DNA of 64,000 nt. It comes from Octopus vulgaris. Lineage: Eukaryota. The notes beneath the pieces are model-generated. The model ran no database searches. It had not been told where the DNA came from and saw only the letters and a program-made list of their open reading frames with translations. Positions 14,088-28,056 of this stretch are shown one piece after another. Numbering within the stretch: position 1 is the first letter of the stretch; each line of letters opens with the position of its first letter. The position numbers and the translations under genes are program-made. The DNA lies in assembly GCA_951406725.2 (NCBI GenBank), contig OX597821.1, positions 103,850,001 through 103,914,000 on the forward strand, in the 5' to 3' direction.

Positions 14088-14278
14088 TGTCTTTTACTAG
14101 TTTCAATCTGCGGCCATGCTGGTCCCATCCTTCAAGGGTGTCGAACAAATGAAGACCAATACTTATAATGTTAACCTATCGGTCTATATTGTTGAACCGC
14201 TACGTAACGTAGACGTAAAGAACCCACCAGCGATTGACAATCGGTGTTGAGTGACAACTGAAACTAAAAGACACGCAC
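14088..14278 (-). mobile_element. Family B SINE 3' half
   Basis: GCGGCCATGCTGG and GAACCGCTA..GACGTAAA motifs shared with 19555-20067. Confidence 0.7.
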
Positions 14279-14394
14279 GTAATTATATACATAAATACAC
14301 AGACACAGACACACACAAACATATATATATATATGATATATATATATATATATATATATGATATGTATATATATATATGATATATATATATATA

Positions 14395-14764
14395 TCTCTA
14401 TATATAAACGGCAGTTTGTCTGTGCGTGTTTCTGTGTGTCTGTTTGCTTGTACCCTCACCCTGACCACGGCTTTCAACCGATTCTGATTAAACTTGACAC
14501 ACACATAGCCCAATGTCATAATTCAAAACTAACACAGCGAAAATTTTGAAAAGTTCCCCCAGTTCTGAAAAAAATCAATAAAATCGACATGGGGTCGAGA
14601 ATCAGAAACAAACCACAGACTGTCTAGGGGACGCAACTCAACCTTTTTTAACTCAAAAAAAAATTTACCATAATTTTTTTGCTATTTTTTGGCTATAACT
14701 CTCTAAAAATGCTTTATAGTTATTTCTCTTACAAACCTGAGCAACGCCGGGCGATACTGCTAGT
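14395..14764 (+). mobile_element. Non-autonomous Helitron
   Basis: Starts TC after A; ends with GC-rich hairpin CCTGAGCAACGCCGGG then CTAG followed by T; inserted in a TA-rich tract. Confidence 0.75.
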
Positions 14765-15041
14765 ATATATATATATATATATATGATATGTATATATATA
14801 TATGATATATATATATATATATATATATGATATATATTTATAGAATTAATGTAGGCAGTAGTAAGCAATGTGTACCAAAAAGGAAAACTATAACTGTCCT
14901 TAAATACGACTGAAGGTATTATATACACCTACATTGCTAAAACTAAGTGCTAAATGCTGTAATGCTGCAGTGAAATCACGTAATTTTATACGTAGATGCT
15001 GACAGCGACGGTAATAACTCGAAAAGCAGCGGTTGAGATAT

Positions 15042-15094
15042 TCCTAGACTGATCGGTCAGTTTCGGCTTTTTTGCCGTAGCCTCTTCAGTGGGA
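15042..15094 (-). ncRNA. Type I hammerhead ribozyme motif (canonical core)
   Basis: TCCCA-CTGAAGA-GGCT-loop-AGCC-GAA-ACTGA-CCGA-TCAGT-C-TAGGA; all three stems present, GUC cleavage triplet. Confidence 0.85.
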
Positions 15095-15655
15095 TCGGCC
15101 CAACTGTTCTCGGATATTCTTTTTTCTTCAATCTTATTTTAAGTAACAATACTTTAATCGAACTGTTTCAAGTGTTTTACTTTTAGCCCTATATTTCCTC
15201 TACAAGTTTCCCTGATTGTTTTTTGAAGGTTTCAATAAATCTTACCCCTACACAGACATATAATGATGCAGGGCAATATTAAAATCGCATCGAATTTATT
15301 TGTCAATCCGCAACAACCAGTGTGTTTATTACGTATTGGCGTACTGCGTCTCTTAATATACACCAGAAAGACTATTATTGTCCTTCCTTACACCTTTGCA
15401 TGTCACATAAGTAAAAACTTGTAATCTGTTGATCAGTGGTTAGTGACAACTAAGATATCAAGAAAATTACTACTTTATCCTTTTTCGTAGAATACTGTTC
15501 AGATTAAAGAAGCAGAAGTAATTCCAAGTGAGGAAGAAATATATTCATTACCTGGAAAGCGAAAAATTTGACTTACAAAGAAAAACGTCTGCAACTAATG
15601 AATAGCCAACAGCTATAAGCATATACTAGGAGAATTGTGTATGTGTATATATGTA

Positions 15656-15737
<82 letters not shown>

Positions 15738-16360
15738 CAGATAGATAGATAAACATACATACATAGTATGTATGTATACATAGTAATATACAAACACACA
15801 AATACATATATTAATACATACATATACATAGGCACAAACACACACACACACATATATATACGTGTATATATATATGCATATATGCACATATAAGAATATG
15901 TATATAAAGAATATATAAATAAATGTACAGATATACACATATATGCATATATATATATAAATAATGTATATATATATACACATATATATGAATGTATATA
16001 TTTATATATATATATATATATATGTATGTATATATATATATGCATATACATATATACATGAACACATACATATATAAACGCGCACACAGTTGTATATATT
16101 GATGAAATTCTCACATCATAGAATATTATTGTTTTTATAATATTATTTACACATGGTTATGTATGTGGATCATGTGATTCTAGACTAACAAACATAAAAA
16201 GTAGACCCTTTAATAAAATGTTGATGCTGCAAACCTCTGAGGCTTTAATATGTATATAAAGACGCGCACTGATAGTATATCTCCCCCTATCACGATCTGT
16301 TTGTTGTCTGTCTGGTTTCCTCTATTGCACCTCTCTCTTACTCTTTTAATATATACATAC

Positions 16361-16391
<31 letters not shown>

Positions 16392-16487
16392 CATACATAC
16401 ATACATACATACATACATACATACATACGTACATACTTACATACATACATATATACATACATGCATACATACAAACATTCATACACA

Positions 16488-17017
16488 CCTGATGTAATGA
16501 TTTGGGAGAGAGAATAGAAACTGTGTCTAGTTGCAGAAATTAGCTGCTCAGCACATGTTAACATAGAGTTGAAGATCAGTGAATAAGTGAATACCTAGAC
16601 TGAACTATTAAGAATTCTGCTGTTACTCTATCCACGCCACAAGTTCAGGTCTATATCTGTGATTATTGAGGCATTGGGATACGTAACACACTGCTTAATT
16701 TCTAATCTTGAGAAATTAGGCTTCTCAAAACCCGAAAAGAGAAAGGTGATTCGAAGACCACAAGTCTAATCCATCATTGGAACTGTAAAGATTTGTCAAA
16801 CTTTTTAGAAGTTTATCATTTAAGTATATGTGAACATGTCTAGATATGCAAGTATATGCATGAGAAGACACATAATGCAATATATACAAATCTGCGCATA
16901 TACATACAAAAATACCCTCTTGATGTTGAAATTCCAATGAAGGTGTTTGGGATCTAGGTTAGGAACCCGCACTTTCTCTATTGACAAAAAAATCTTGAAA
17001 TAAAACTGAATAATGAC
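16488..17017 (+). mobile_element. R4/Dong-like non-LTR retrotransposon 3' fragment (REL endonuclease plus 3' UTR) in (TACA)n
   Basis: PDVMIWERE*KLCLVAEISCSAHVNIELKISE..VIIEALGYVT matches the PD..E..K..IGALG restriction-like endonuclease; (TACA)n on both sides. Confidence 0.75.
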
Positions 17018-17308
17018 ATACATACATACATACATACATACATACATACATACATACATACATACATACATACATACATACATACATACATACACAAACA
17101 CATACATGATAGTCGCAAACTGGTGTTCCAGTATTGCCATCGCCTGATCAAAACTCCCACACATTCGTAGGCTACGATCAGTCATTTTTATGATAGGTCT
17201 TACTTCTTTTTCAAGCATGATGATTTTTTTATAGTCAGGAAAGAAATTGCACAAATTCCACTCACAGAAAATGGACGATATAAACTCAGAAATATGAACT
17301 GTTCTACA

Positions 17309-17434
<126 letters not shown>

Positions 17435-17519
17435 ACATATATATATATATACATATATATATACATATATAATATAAGTAATATATAAAAATATGCATAT
17501 GTACATACATACATCCTTA

Positions 17520-18200
17520 TATGGCTACAGGACGTCATAAACACGTTGAACACAATGAGAAACGAAAACATAAAAGCAAAAACATAGAAACGAACCTTTT
17601 TTTCGAACAACGAAAAAACAAACAAACAAAGAAACGAGACATGCAACATAAAGAATCTTCCTCTTCTTAGATGTCCCCGTTTCATCTACTCCGCGTTACG
17701 AAGGCAAGGACAATACGCGGCTTCGTTGAAAAAGTCCAAAGCAAATTAAATAAAATTTGGGATTTTTTGCGGAGGGTGAAAGTGGTAACAAGAACAGGAC
17801 AGTGAGAAGAAAACAGTAAAAACAAACGGTGAGGGCTGTCAAGCCAAGACAATAGAAAAATCATTATGAACGCTAGGAAGACGAGGTTATGGGAGGAGAC
17901 AGTATAAGTACGTGTTGTCTTTAGGAAGGTAATGTGCAGAAAGATAGATTCTCTTTCGTCACGTATCAGCGACGAGAGAGTCGAGGAAGAGTGAGAGAGA
18001 GGAGAACGATGAAGAGGATAGGAGAAGAATAGGAAAATATGGGAGAGAAAACCAGAAAGGATAAAGTACTGCTTCTGCTATTAGATGTAGTGAACTCCTA
18101 GTTGAGTTCCTGTGTTCTTGAGTAACACCTAACTTCATCTGAGCCTCGAATATGAATTGCGACGCGAAACGATTTGTTTTGCTCAAAACACATAACACGC
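17520..18200 (-). mobile_element. Possible old PLE 3' region
   Basis: Weak LG...LN.EF-like end of an endonuclease at about 18085-18150, then a pyrimidine-rich UTR running into microsatellite. Confidence 0.3.
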
Positions 18201-18976
18201 TGATCAGTCTGAGAATCGAAGCCACGATCACGAGATCGTGGATGCAACAGTGAAACCAACAGACCAAATTTCGTGTAAATCAGACTAAGGTTTTCCGTGA
18301 CACATGTTCTTCCTGGGGTTTGTGTCCACAAATTTAAGAAGTAAAACCTGGAACACCGGATAGACTTTTGTTGACATGACTACAGATGTGAACCGCAATG
18401 AATTTCTTGCCTCAAACCTTCCAGAAAAATGGATAGTTTTTGACAAAATTTTCAACATTCACCGCTTACATGCTGTGGATTCAGAATATGTAGGAATTTG
18501 TGGGGAAGAGTTTTTTCCTAGGCAAAAGAGAGAAGGGTTTCGGAAGATTCACACGATCCGATTTTTTCCCTCATAACTTTCAGGAAAACGGATTTCTGTT
18601 CATTGAATTTTATACGAATACCTTTCGAACGGCATTGATTACGATTAAAAAGAAATCTGAGGGAAAAATCTTTTCCGAAGTGGTGGGGAGAGGAGGTACG
18701 ATAAAACAGGAAGACTCAATACGTTGGAACTACTCCGTTTTCACGGGTATTTTTGCATTTTTTTTATTTCGACACAACCTTTGAAGTGATATGGGTGGTG
18801 ATGCTGGTGGTGGTGGTGGTGGTGGGGGGGGGGGCATCTTTTATGAAACAAAGTTTTCAAAATTTTTGAAATTCCTCATCATCCCATTCTGCACCGATTT
18901 TGGCCAATTCTTTAAAACTTAAATTCCATGATAGGAGCCTTTTCGTTAAAAAAAGAAAACAAAAAGACAAAAATTA

Positions 18977-19550
18977 AATATTCTCAGAGGAAAAGCTGTA
19001 CGATTCAAGGGAGATATGGTTGTTGTACATTCCAAACTACCTTCCGTTTTCATTCTCACATTTTCTCAATATTTTTCTCCCATTAAACATTTTATGGAAT
19101 GATGCTGCTGAAGTAACATACGCGTGCTTCGTTGGTGGATTATAAGCAACATCAACAATAAAAAAATTGTAATTTCAATATTTACACACCTCAATCTAGC
19201 GAATCCGTGTGTGTGTATAAGAAGAAACATTTTCTAACAAGAAAGTATGCTATTAAAATGAATTATTGTTTACATACCACGTGGATAAATGCCAGCAATG
19301 ATTTTCTCAGGTTCTCTAATATTTTAATTTATAAACAGAAACAAATGGGGGCAGGGAATGGGGGTTGCAAAAGAATCATAATTTTTCATTTTTTTTTAAT
19401 AACATATAGATGTATTTATGGGGAGAAAAATATTGAAAAACTTTCAATGCATTTGAAAGTGAGAAAGAAACTAGGAGGGTTGTCTTGGGGTGTGCTAGAA
19501 ACAACTGTCAAATCTCCCTGCAATCACTCATTTTTCCTCTGAAAAATATT
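18977..19550. mobile_element. MITE with long imperfect TIRs
   Basis: AATATT.TCAGAGGAAAA..GATT..AGGGAGAT..GTTGT mirrored at the right end; inner TCAATATTTTTCTCCC also mirrored (arms ~120 bp). Confidence 0.65.
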
Positions 19551-19554
19551 GCTC

Positions 19555-20067
<513 letters not shown>

Positions 20068-20291
20068 ATTAAGTTTTTAAATATTTTTTTTTACCGAAAA
20101 GATTTCTATGATTTTGAATTTGAAAAAAAGTCAGTTTGTGTGAATTTTCAGAAACTCTTCTCTCTACTCCTCGCAAAAAGTATTTCCTATAAATCTCTAC
20201 ATACTTTCAATCCATATCATCTAAGTGGTATTTTATGAAAATGTTGTTAAAACTATCCCTTTTTCTGGAAGTTACGAGGTAAGAAAATAGT

Positions 20292-20449
20292 GTGGGTGGC
20301 TGTGTGGTAAGTCGCTTGCTTACGAACCACATGGGTCCAGGTTCAGTCCCACTGCGTGGCACCTTGGGCAAGTGTCTTCTACTATAGGCTCGGGCCGACG
20401 AAAGTCTTCTTTGTGGATTTGGTAGACGAAAACTGAAAGAAGCCCGTCG

Positions 20450-20518
<69 letters not shown>

Positions 20519-20716
20519 ATATGCTTGTGTGTCCCACCAACATCGCTTGACACCCGATGCTGGTGTGTTTAGGTCCCCGTGACTTAGCGGTTCGGCAAAA
20601 GAGTCCGATAGAATAAGTACTAGGCTTACAAAGAATAAGTCCCGGGGTCGATTTGCTCGACTAAAGGCGGTGCTCCAGCATGGCCACAGTCAGACAACTG
20701 AAACAAGTAAAAGAGT
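20292..20716 (+). mobile_element. Family B SINE, full length
   Basis: TGGCTGTGTGGTAAG..GGTTCAGTCCCACTGCGTGGCACC..(TA)n..CAGCATGGCC..GAAACAAGTAAAAGAGT. Confidence 0.9.
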
Positions 20717-20717
20717 A

Positions 20718-21311
20718 TCTGTAGTTATGCTAGTTTTTTTCTGTCGTGCTTGTCTTGCGTTCTTGTCTGTAATTTGCTACAGCCAAACACGCGCATAATG
20801 GGAAAATACTCTGAAATTATGGTACACGTGAAATGTGAATACAAACGGAACGAAACAAAGTTTCTCGTGAATCGGATTCCCGAGATAGGCGTTTTTTTTG
20901 TTTGTTTTTTTTTTGTTTGTTTTTGCGGTACCTTCATAAATAGCCAAAACGGCGGGAAAATACTCCGAAAGTAACATAACCATGAAATGGGTAAACTGTT
21001 TCCAATAATTTTGTGTTTACGTTATATGAGAATTGTTTTCGCATTTTTGTAGAAGTGTACACATATACTATAAATAAATGTTGTTACTGGAGTTCAAGTT
21101 TATCCTGGAAGTTCTATTTCTATTAGATGCTCTAAATAATCAATAAAACCTAAAACATGAACTTCTAAACTAGACATATGATGACATGAACAAACTGAAT
21201 TATTTAACTGAATCATCATAAAATTAACTTTCATTTCTATGCAATGTTGAAATCAGCTTCAACGTTTTATAACCTGACCTGGCAGTGACCAACGGGTCAC
21301 GGGTAGTCTAG
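20718..21311 (+). mobile_element. Probable non-autonomous Helitron
   Basis: 3' hairpin GTGACC-AACG-GGTCAC followed by CTAG/T at 21308-21312; TC start is tentative. Confidence 0.55.
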
Positions 21312-21324
21312 TAGTCTTTTAATC

Positions 21325-21975
21325 TTCTATTCTTTTACGTGTTTCGATCATTTGACTGCGGCCATGATGCAGCAATGCTTTGAAAGGTTTTAGTCTAACA
21401 AATCGACCCCAGGACATGTTTTTCAAGCCCAGCACTTATTCTATCCCTTTCTTTTACGCAACCGCTGAGCTACGGGGAACATAAACACACCAATACTGGT
21501 TGTCAAGCGGTGATCGAGTACAAACACAAAGACACACATATAGATATATACATAAATATAGGACGGGCTTCTTTCTCTTTCCGTTTACGAAGTCCTTTCA
21601 CAAGTCTTTGTTCGGGCCGAGGTTACAGTAGAAGACATGTGCTCGAGTGGAACTGAACTGGGAGCCATGTGGTTGAGAAGCAAGCTTCTTACCACACAGT
21701 CACGTCTGCGCCCATATATATATATATATATATATATATGCATATATTTGTGTGTCTGTGTTTGCGCGCGTCAGTTTGTCTGTGTATGTATATGGTGCGG
21801 GCTCGCATATATTTTTACCTGCTGGTGTGTTTACGTGTCTCCGTAATCTAGCGGTTCGGCAAGAGAGATGGAATAAGTAGTAGGCTTACGAAGAACAAGT
21901 GCTGGGGTGGGTTTCTTCACCTAAAGACGCTACTCCAGCATGGCCGCAGTCAAATTACTGTAACAAATAAAAGAA
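21325..21975. mobile_element. Family B SINE (minus, 21325-21712) plus a 3' half (plus, 21750-21975)
   Basis: Same motifs as 20292-20716, in opposite orientations. Confidence 0.8.
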
Positions 21976-22022
21976 TTATCTATCTCTATCTATATATATA
22001 TGCAGTTAGCTACATATATATG

Positions 22023-22112
<90 letters not shown>

Positions 22113-22549
22113 CATATATATAATTTCTTAAAAACTGTATTATTACTTATTCCTTGTATAAAACAGTCTTTGCAACAGCTAATATTCTCTTGTTTCTGTT
22201 TGTTGTCAGCCATATTTTATTATTGCTGTCTTGTATGTCATTTTGACTATACAACACTTCTTTTCTAATTTACTGATTTACTGATATAAAACTATTTTCT
22301 TTTCCCCCATCGAAGCAAAGTGTTATTCTCTTAAGAATCCTACAGAAATATGATTGGCACATCAAGAAATTGTAAAGCGTACTTGAGCAAAAATATATAT
22401 TTTTGCTTCTTGTGTATTAGTTTTTAGACGAATTTTTTTTTTAGTTTGAAAAGTGTTTTGTACATGATTAGTATTTGTACATATTAGGGTCAACAATGAT
22501 TATTAAGTATAGTAAGGTGACGAAGAAGTGTATATATTCATAAACAGCA

Positions 22550-23170
22550 ACACCACCATCATTTTAATAATTATCATAATCATGATCCGTCATTGTAATC
22601 TGATTCATCCTGTTCCTAATCATCGCTGTCGCCATCATCATCAGCAGCAGCAGCAGCATTATCATCATCATCATCAAAGTCATTATCATCATCGTTGTCG
22701 TCATCGTCTTCATTATCATCATCTTCATCATCATCATCACTATCGGCTTCATCATCTTAATCATCATCATCACCACCACCACCACGAGGACCACCACCAT
22801 GAGGACCACCACCATGAGGACTACCACCACCACCACCACGAGGACCCCTACCACTACCATCACGAGGAACACCACCACCACCACCAACGCCGCCGCCACC
22901 ACCACCACCATCACCATCATCATCAGCATCACTATCGCCTACATCATCGTCATCATCATCATCATCATCATCACCAACACTACCACCACGATGACCACTA
23001 CCACGACCACCACGAGGACCGCCGCCACCACCACCACGAGGACCACCGCCACCATCATCATCATCATCATCACTATCGCTTTCATCATCGTCATCATCGT
23101 CATCATCATCACCACCACTACCACCACCACGAGGACCGCCACCAATACGAGACCGCCACAACTACCACAT
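22550..23170. repeat. (CAT)n/(CAC)n compound repeat with recurring CACGAGGAC units
   Basis: Directly visible; gives poly-His, poly-Thr and poly-Asp ORFs in several frames. Confidence 0.9.
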
Positions 23171-23484
23171 GGTCCACACTAGGGAAGCACACACACACAC
23201 GCTTGTATACGCACACACATAGATGCATGTGTGTACGTATGTGCGCGCGGCAGTTTGTCTGTGTATGTATATGGTGTTGGCTCGCATATATTTTTACCTG
23301 CTGACCTGACATAAACTAGGGTGTAAAGTTGTGTCCCTATATTTCAAAAGCATCACTTAGTCATTGAAATAAAAGTGAAAGAAGAAAAATGTGCCGCAGT
23401 GTTACCCATTTACAGTTGAGATGAGTTGAGTAGCGTGAAATAAAGGTTTTTCCACAAGAGTACAACGCAACACTGGAAGAAAAA

Positions 23485-23895
23485 ATTAGCACACCGAGAA
23501 AAACCCTTAGCGGTATTTCCTCCGGGTTTCCGTTCTCAGTTCATACTCACCGTGGTACACTTACCTCTTCAGTCCTTCGGGATCGATAAAATAAGTACAG
23601 TTGAGCACTGAGTTCGATATAATCGACATAGACCTCTTCCGAAATTGCTGACCTTGAGCTAAAATTGAAAACCATTACTACATTTGGTCTTAGTCGGCGA
23701 AGAGGCAGAATTGTTACAGCGTTGGTCAAAATATTCAGTGGCATTTCTTCCGACCCATTACACTTTGAGTTGCTACTTCAGCCGAGAACGACTTTGCCTT
23801 TCATCCTTTCGGGGGTTAACCTAATTACCAGCAACGAGGTCAATGTACACGAAGTTCCTCTCCCTTCAACATTGCTGGTCATGAGTCAAAATTGA
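23485..23895 (+). mobile_element. Two diverged family A SINEs
   Basis: CTTAGCGGTATTTC..GATCGATAAAATAAGTAC and GACTTTGCCTTTCATCCTTTCGGGG. Confidence 0.75.
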
Positions 23896-25367
23896 AGAAA
23901 TTCTGCGTTTCATTACTTTAATCCTTGATGTAACTTATTTTGAAAATTAAGAATACATAAAACCTTAAAAAAAGTCACGGCTGCGAATGGAAATCGAAAT
24001 CTGGGTTTGGTTCGCCAAATTCCTAAAGCTTATTTCAGAGCAATAGCTATCGTCTTACTGGATTTTTAAGAGTAGGAAAATATAACCAGGGACTTAATCT
24101 GCACAAAGGCCGGATAATAAGAAAAATGTTACAATTGTAATGTAATGAAACAAACAATTTCAATTTACAATTTTAATTAGAATATCACACACTTGCTAAT
24201 GATATTGATGTACTACCTTAATGATAAATTCTAAAAAAAAAAGAAAAAAACAGTGCATGTTTGACAACTCAGAAATTTTAACTCTTTGTATCATATTGGC
24301 CATATTGGAGTTAGAAAAAATTATTAATACAATTTCTGCTAAAATATATTAATAAACGATCTTACACTATTGACTTCAGTAACAATTTATACGGGGAAGT
24401 CTCCTTGGTATCACTGTTATTGACAGATCAAACATAGAGCTTTCCATTCTTAATAATAAACAAACGATATTGTTTGTTAAAGGGGAATTTTTTTCCCTCG
24501 GAGATTTGCATTAAATTCTGCCATTGTTGAGCTCCAGCGATCAAACATGCTGTCCTCTCGAGGCTAAAAGAGGCAGACAATGTGAGTTGTGCTGCACAAT
24601 AAAGGCATCGAGTGCTATAACAACCTCGCTGAATGAGTTTCGTTTCAACAACCTAACGATGATGATCATCAGTCGCCTTTTATTTTCACATTGTGCATGT
24701 ATTCAACCACAAATACGCTCATAACCTCTGAGGGGAAATCTATGATGTTCAACGATCGTAAATTTTTGGAACGTGGAGCATTGCATTTTCAAAAGGGATG
24801 TGATGGGAGTGTTTCTGTAAGACATACTTTCCCTCATCCCTTAATCTTTAATAGTGGGGTGGGAAGCGATGTTAGCGATGAAATCAATCGACTTCGTGCA
24901 GAAATATGTATATATATGTCAACAATACTCTTGTATGAGAAAAATAAATTTGCCTTTTACAAAATCATAGATTAAACTATGAAACTGATGAGAAGTTGTT
25001 TTTATTATAACTAAACATGAATACAAACAGATATGTGTGTGTGTGTGTGTGTTTGTATAAATATAAGTGTTCGTGCATTTGAGTGTGTGTGTATATATAT
25101 ATACATATATATATATATAGATATATGTATGCATGCATTCATATACATACATACATACATACATACATACACACATACATACATGCATACATACACAGAC
25201 ACAGACACACACACATATATATATATATATGAATATAAGCACACAAATGCATATACATATATATACATACACATATTTGAATGCTTAAAAGCATTCACAT
25301 AAACAGTATATGTATGTTTGCATGTATGATCGTATGAAGGCATGCATATATATATAAGCATGTACCA

Positions 25368-25411
<44 letters not shown>

Positions 25412-25416
<5 letters not shown>

Positions 25417-25578
25417 TAAGGAAAAATAGTTTTAAAAATGCAGAATGCTCAAATGAAAGAAAATTTTAATAAATTTTATTAAAATTTTCTTTCATTTGAG
25501 CATTCTGCATTTTTAAAAAAAATTTTCCTTACTTATCATTTCTCCACGTGCGGTCAACACAACCCCGCCATTTATTGA

Positions 25579-25580
<2 letters not shown>
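25412..25580. mobile_element. Fold-back mini-element in (TA)n
   Basis: Near-perfect ~62-bp arms (25412-25474/25476-25536) plus ~44-nt unpaired tail, then (TA)n. Confidence 0.8.
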
Positions 25581-25623
<43 letters not shown>

Positions 25624-25672
25624 AAACAAGTAAAAAATAGAAAATGCTAAAATAATTTTATAGTGAACATTT

Positions 25673-25710
25673 CAGTACCGGTTTCGGTCATTTTGAGACC
25701 TTTTCAACTG
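25673..25710 (-). ncRNA. Minimal hammerhead (U3-A8 core variant) in the pLTR
   Basis: Reverse complement of 29027-29064. Confidence 0.7.
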
Positions 25711-26425
25711 TAACGATTAAATAATTAAATTTAGAAAAATTAGAAGAAAAGTTTTTTTAAAAGAATATTTCTATAGTAGTGTTCAGATTTAAGTGGCATT
25801 CTGCCTTTCTCTGACTCCCTTGTTTGCACTTGTGTGTTCGAGGTAGTTGTGAGTTCTTGGTAGGGTAGTAGAGGGAAGGCTGGTGAGGAAAGAGGGGTGG
25901 GAGAATCTGGGAGTGCCCTGATGGTCGTATTTTGAATGGTCAGTGGCGGCTGGCAGTCTCAGTTCAATTCAGGAGAATATTTATATTGACAGGCTTGTTT
26001 ATAGAATTAGCGTAGGTGTTATACTAAAAAACATTAGTGACAAACTTAAGGGGTAGGGGGTGGAGAAGAAGAAGAAGAAGAAGAAGAAGAAGAAGGAGAA
26101 GATGACGATGATGGTGATGGTGGTGATGATTATGACGACGATGATGATGATAATGATGATGATGAAGAAGAAGAAGAAGAAGAAGAAGGAGGAGAAGGAG
26201 AAGATGGTGGTGATGATGGTGGTGATGATGATGACGTCGATGATGATGATAATGATGATGATGAAGAAGAAGAGGAAGAAGAAGAAGAAGAAAAAAACAG
26301 AGAAGGGAGAATATGAATGGGTGTAAATATAGCTATGAAGGGGCTGATTAGTAATGGATTCTATGGAGTGTAGTATTTGTGTGTGTATATATATATTTTT
26401 TCTTTTATTCTAAAGTTGAGGTATA

Positions 26426-26960
26426 TTAATTGTTTGTCGTAGACCCGTTAAGAAGTGGCTTGTATTTTGTAATAAAGAGATTTTCTTTACTTATTCGTTG
26501 TCTCGAGGTTGTATCGTCCCTAAATTGGTAGAGGGGGAAAATTCTGAAGTTTGGTGTTTTTTTGTTGGCGCAAGTATCTATGTGTTGGCTAAAAGCTATT
26601 TTTCTGTTTTGGGGAATTTTTATCTGGGATCTGTGCAGGGCCATTCGTTTACGCAAACCATTTTTTGTTTGGCCTATGTACTGCTCTTGACACCCGGAGC
26701 AGGTTAGTGAGTATATTGGGTTCTCCGAAGCACATGTGAAGTTGCTTTTCACTGTAAACCGTTGTCCCTGTTTGAAGGAGAACTCAGAACCCTCGATTAG
26801 ATAGTCGCATATCCCGCAATTGGGTCTTCCACATTTTTTTACTGTCGGCTTCTGTGTTGAAGAGTGAATTCGGGCTTGTGTAAGGAGACTTTTCATGGAT
26901 CTAGGCTGTCTTTTGCTTTTTATGATCGTGTGTGTTTGGAGGATTGTGTTCATTCTGTGG
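26426..26960 (-). CDS. PLE Cys-rich linker plus GIY-YIG endonuclease, separated from the RT by a 1-nt shift in an A8 run
   Basis: CGRPNCGIC linker, IYSLTCSGCQEQYIGQT, RKRMALH, H...C, E..FI....P.LN; removing one A gives PLLKKDHRMNTIL in frame. Confidence 0.92.
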
Positions 26961-28056
26961 TCTTTTTTTTAGGAGGGGTATGTTGTGGAGGATGGTGTCG
27001 AAGGCTTCGTTATTGAGAGGGTTGTGTGTGGAGATGTATGGTAAGGCTTTTGGTTGTAAGTTTTTCTTTGATTTGGGATGTCTCAGTTCCTTGATGTTAA
27101 GTTGAAGGGCACGTTGAATGCACTTGTCAATAAGTGAAGGTGGATAGTTCCTGGTGATTAGGGTATCTGTTAGTTCTTGTAGTCGTGTGTCTCTGGTGTT
27201 TGCGTTAGAGACTATAGTGCATATCCTTTTTGCTAGATTGAAGGGGATATTCATCCTGGTGTGTCTGGGGTGGCATGAATTGAATGGAAGATATTGCTTA
27301 GAGTCTGTAGGCTTATAGTATATGTCTGTTTCTATTATATTATTAGCTTTCTTAATGAGGATATCGAGGAAGGGGAGTTGTTGTTGGCTATATTCCATCG
27401 TGAATTGGATGTTTACGTCCAGTCCGTTTAAAATTTTCTGGAATTCTATGAGTTTTTCTATATTTTTATGCCAAAGGATGAAACAGTCATCTATATATCT
27501 CTTCCAGTTGTTTTCTATGTAGATGGAGAAAGGGCTGCCATATCTTTCTAGAACCTTACGATACAGACTGATCTCTAGGTATCCTATGACTAGGTTGGCA
27601 AAGGAGGGGGCCATTCGTGTACCCATCGCAGTCCCCGATTTTTGTCGGTAGAAGTTGTCATTGAAGGCGAAGAAGTTATTTTCCAGGATGAATTTAACCC
27701 CTTCTATCACAAATTCTTTTTTGATGCGGTGTGGTAGTTCGTTGGCGTGATTCTCTAGCCAGAATTGGATTGCCTCTAGTCCTAGGTTGTGGGGGATATT
27801 GGAGTAGAGGTTGACTACATCGAAGGATACCAGTATGGTGTTTTTGTTTATAGTATTCGGTAGGTGATTGAGCATATCTAAGTCGTCCCTTATATAGCTT
27901 TTGACATATTTGAGGAGTGGTTTTAACAGGGTGTCTAAAAAGTTACTGAGGCGGTGGGTTTCGCATGCAGGACCTGCTATTATGGGTCTCAATTTGAGGT
28001 CATTAGGATTAGGGACTTTAATTATTTTGTCTGTAGCTATCTTGCATGCGTTGATA
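26960..28056 (-). CDS. PLE reverse transcriptase, 5'-truncated
   Basis: Motifs LRPIIAGP, LVSFDVVNLYSNIP, QKSGTAMGTRMAPSFANL, WKRYIDD, LPFLDI, YYKPTD..YL...SCHP. Confidence 0.93.

Noticed and set aside
22528-23304. 258-aa His-rich ORF
   Set aside because: It is a translation of CAT/CAC microsatellite that is open in several frames on both strands, with a GTG start and no exon evidence.
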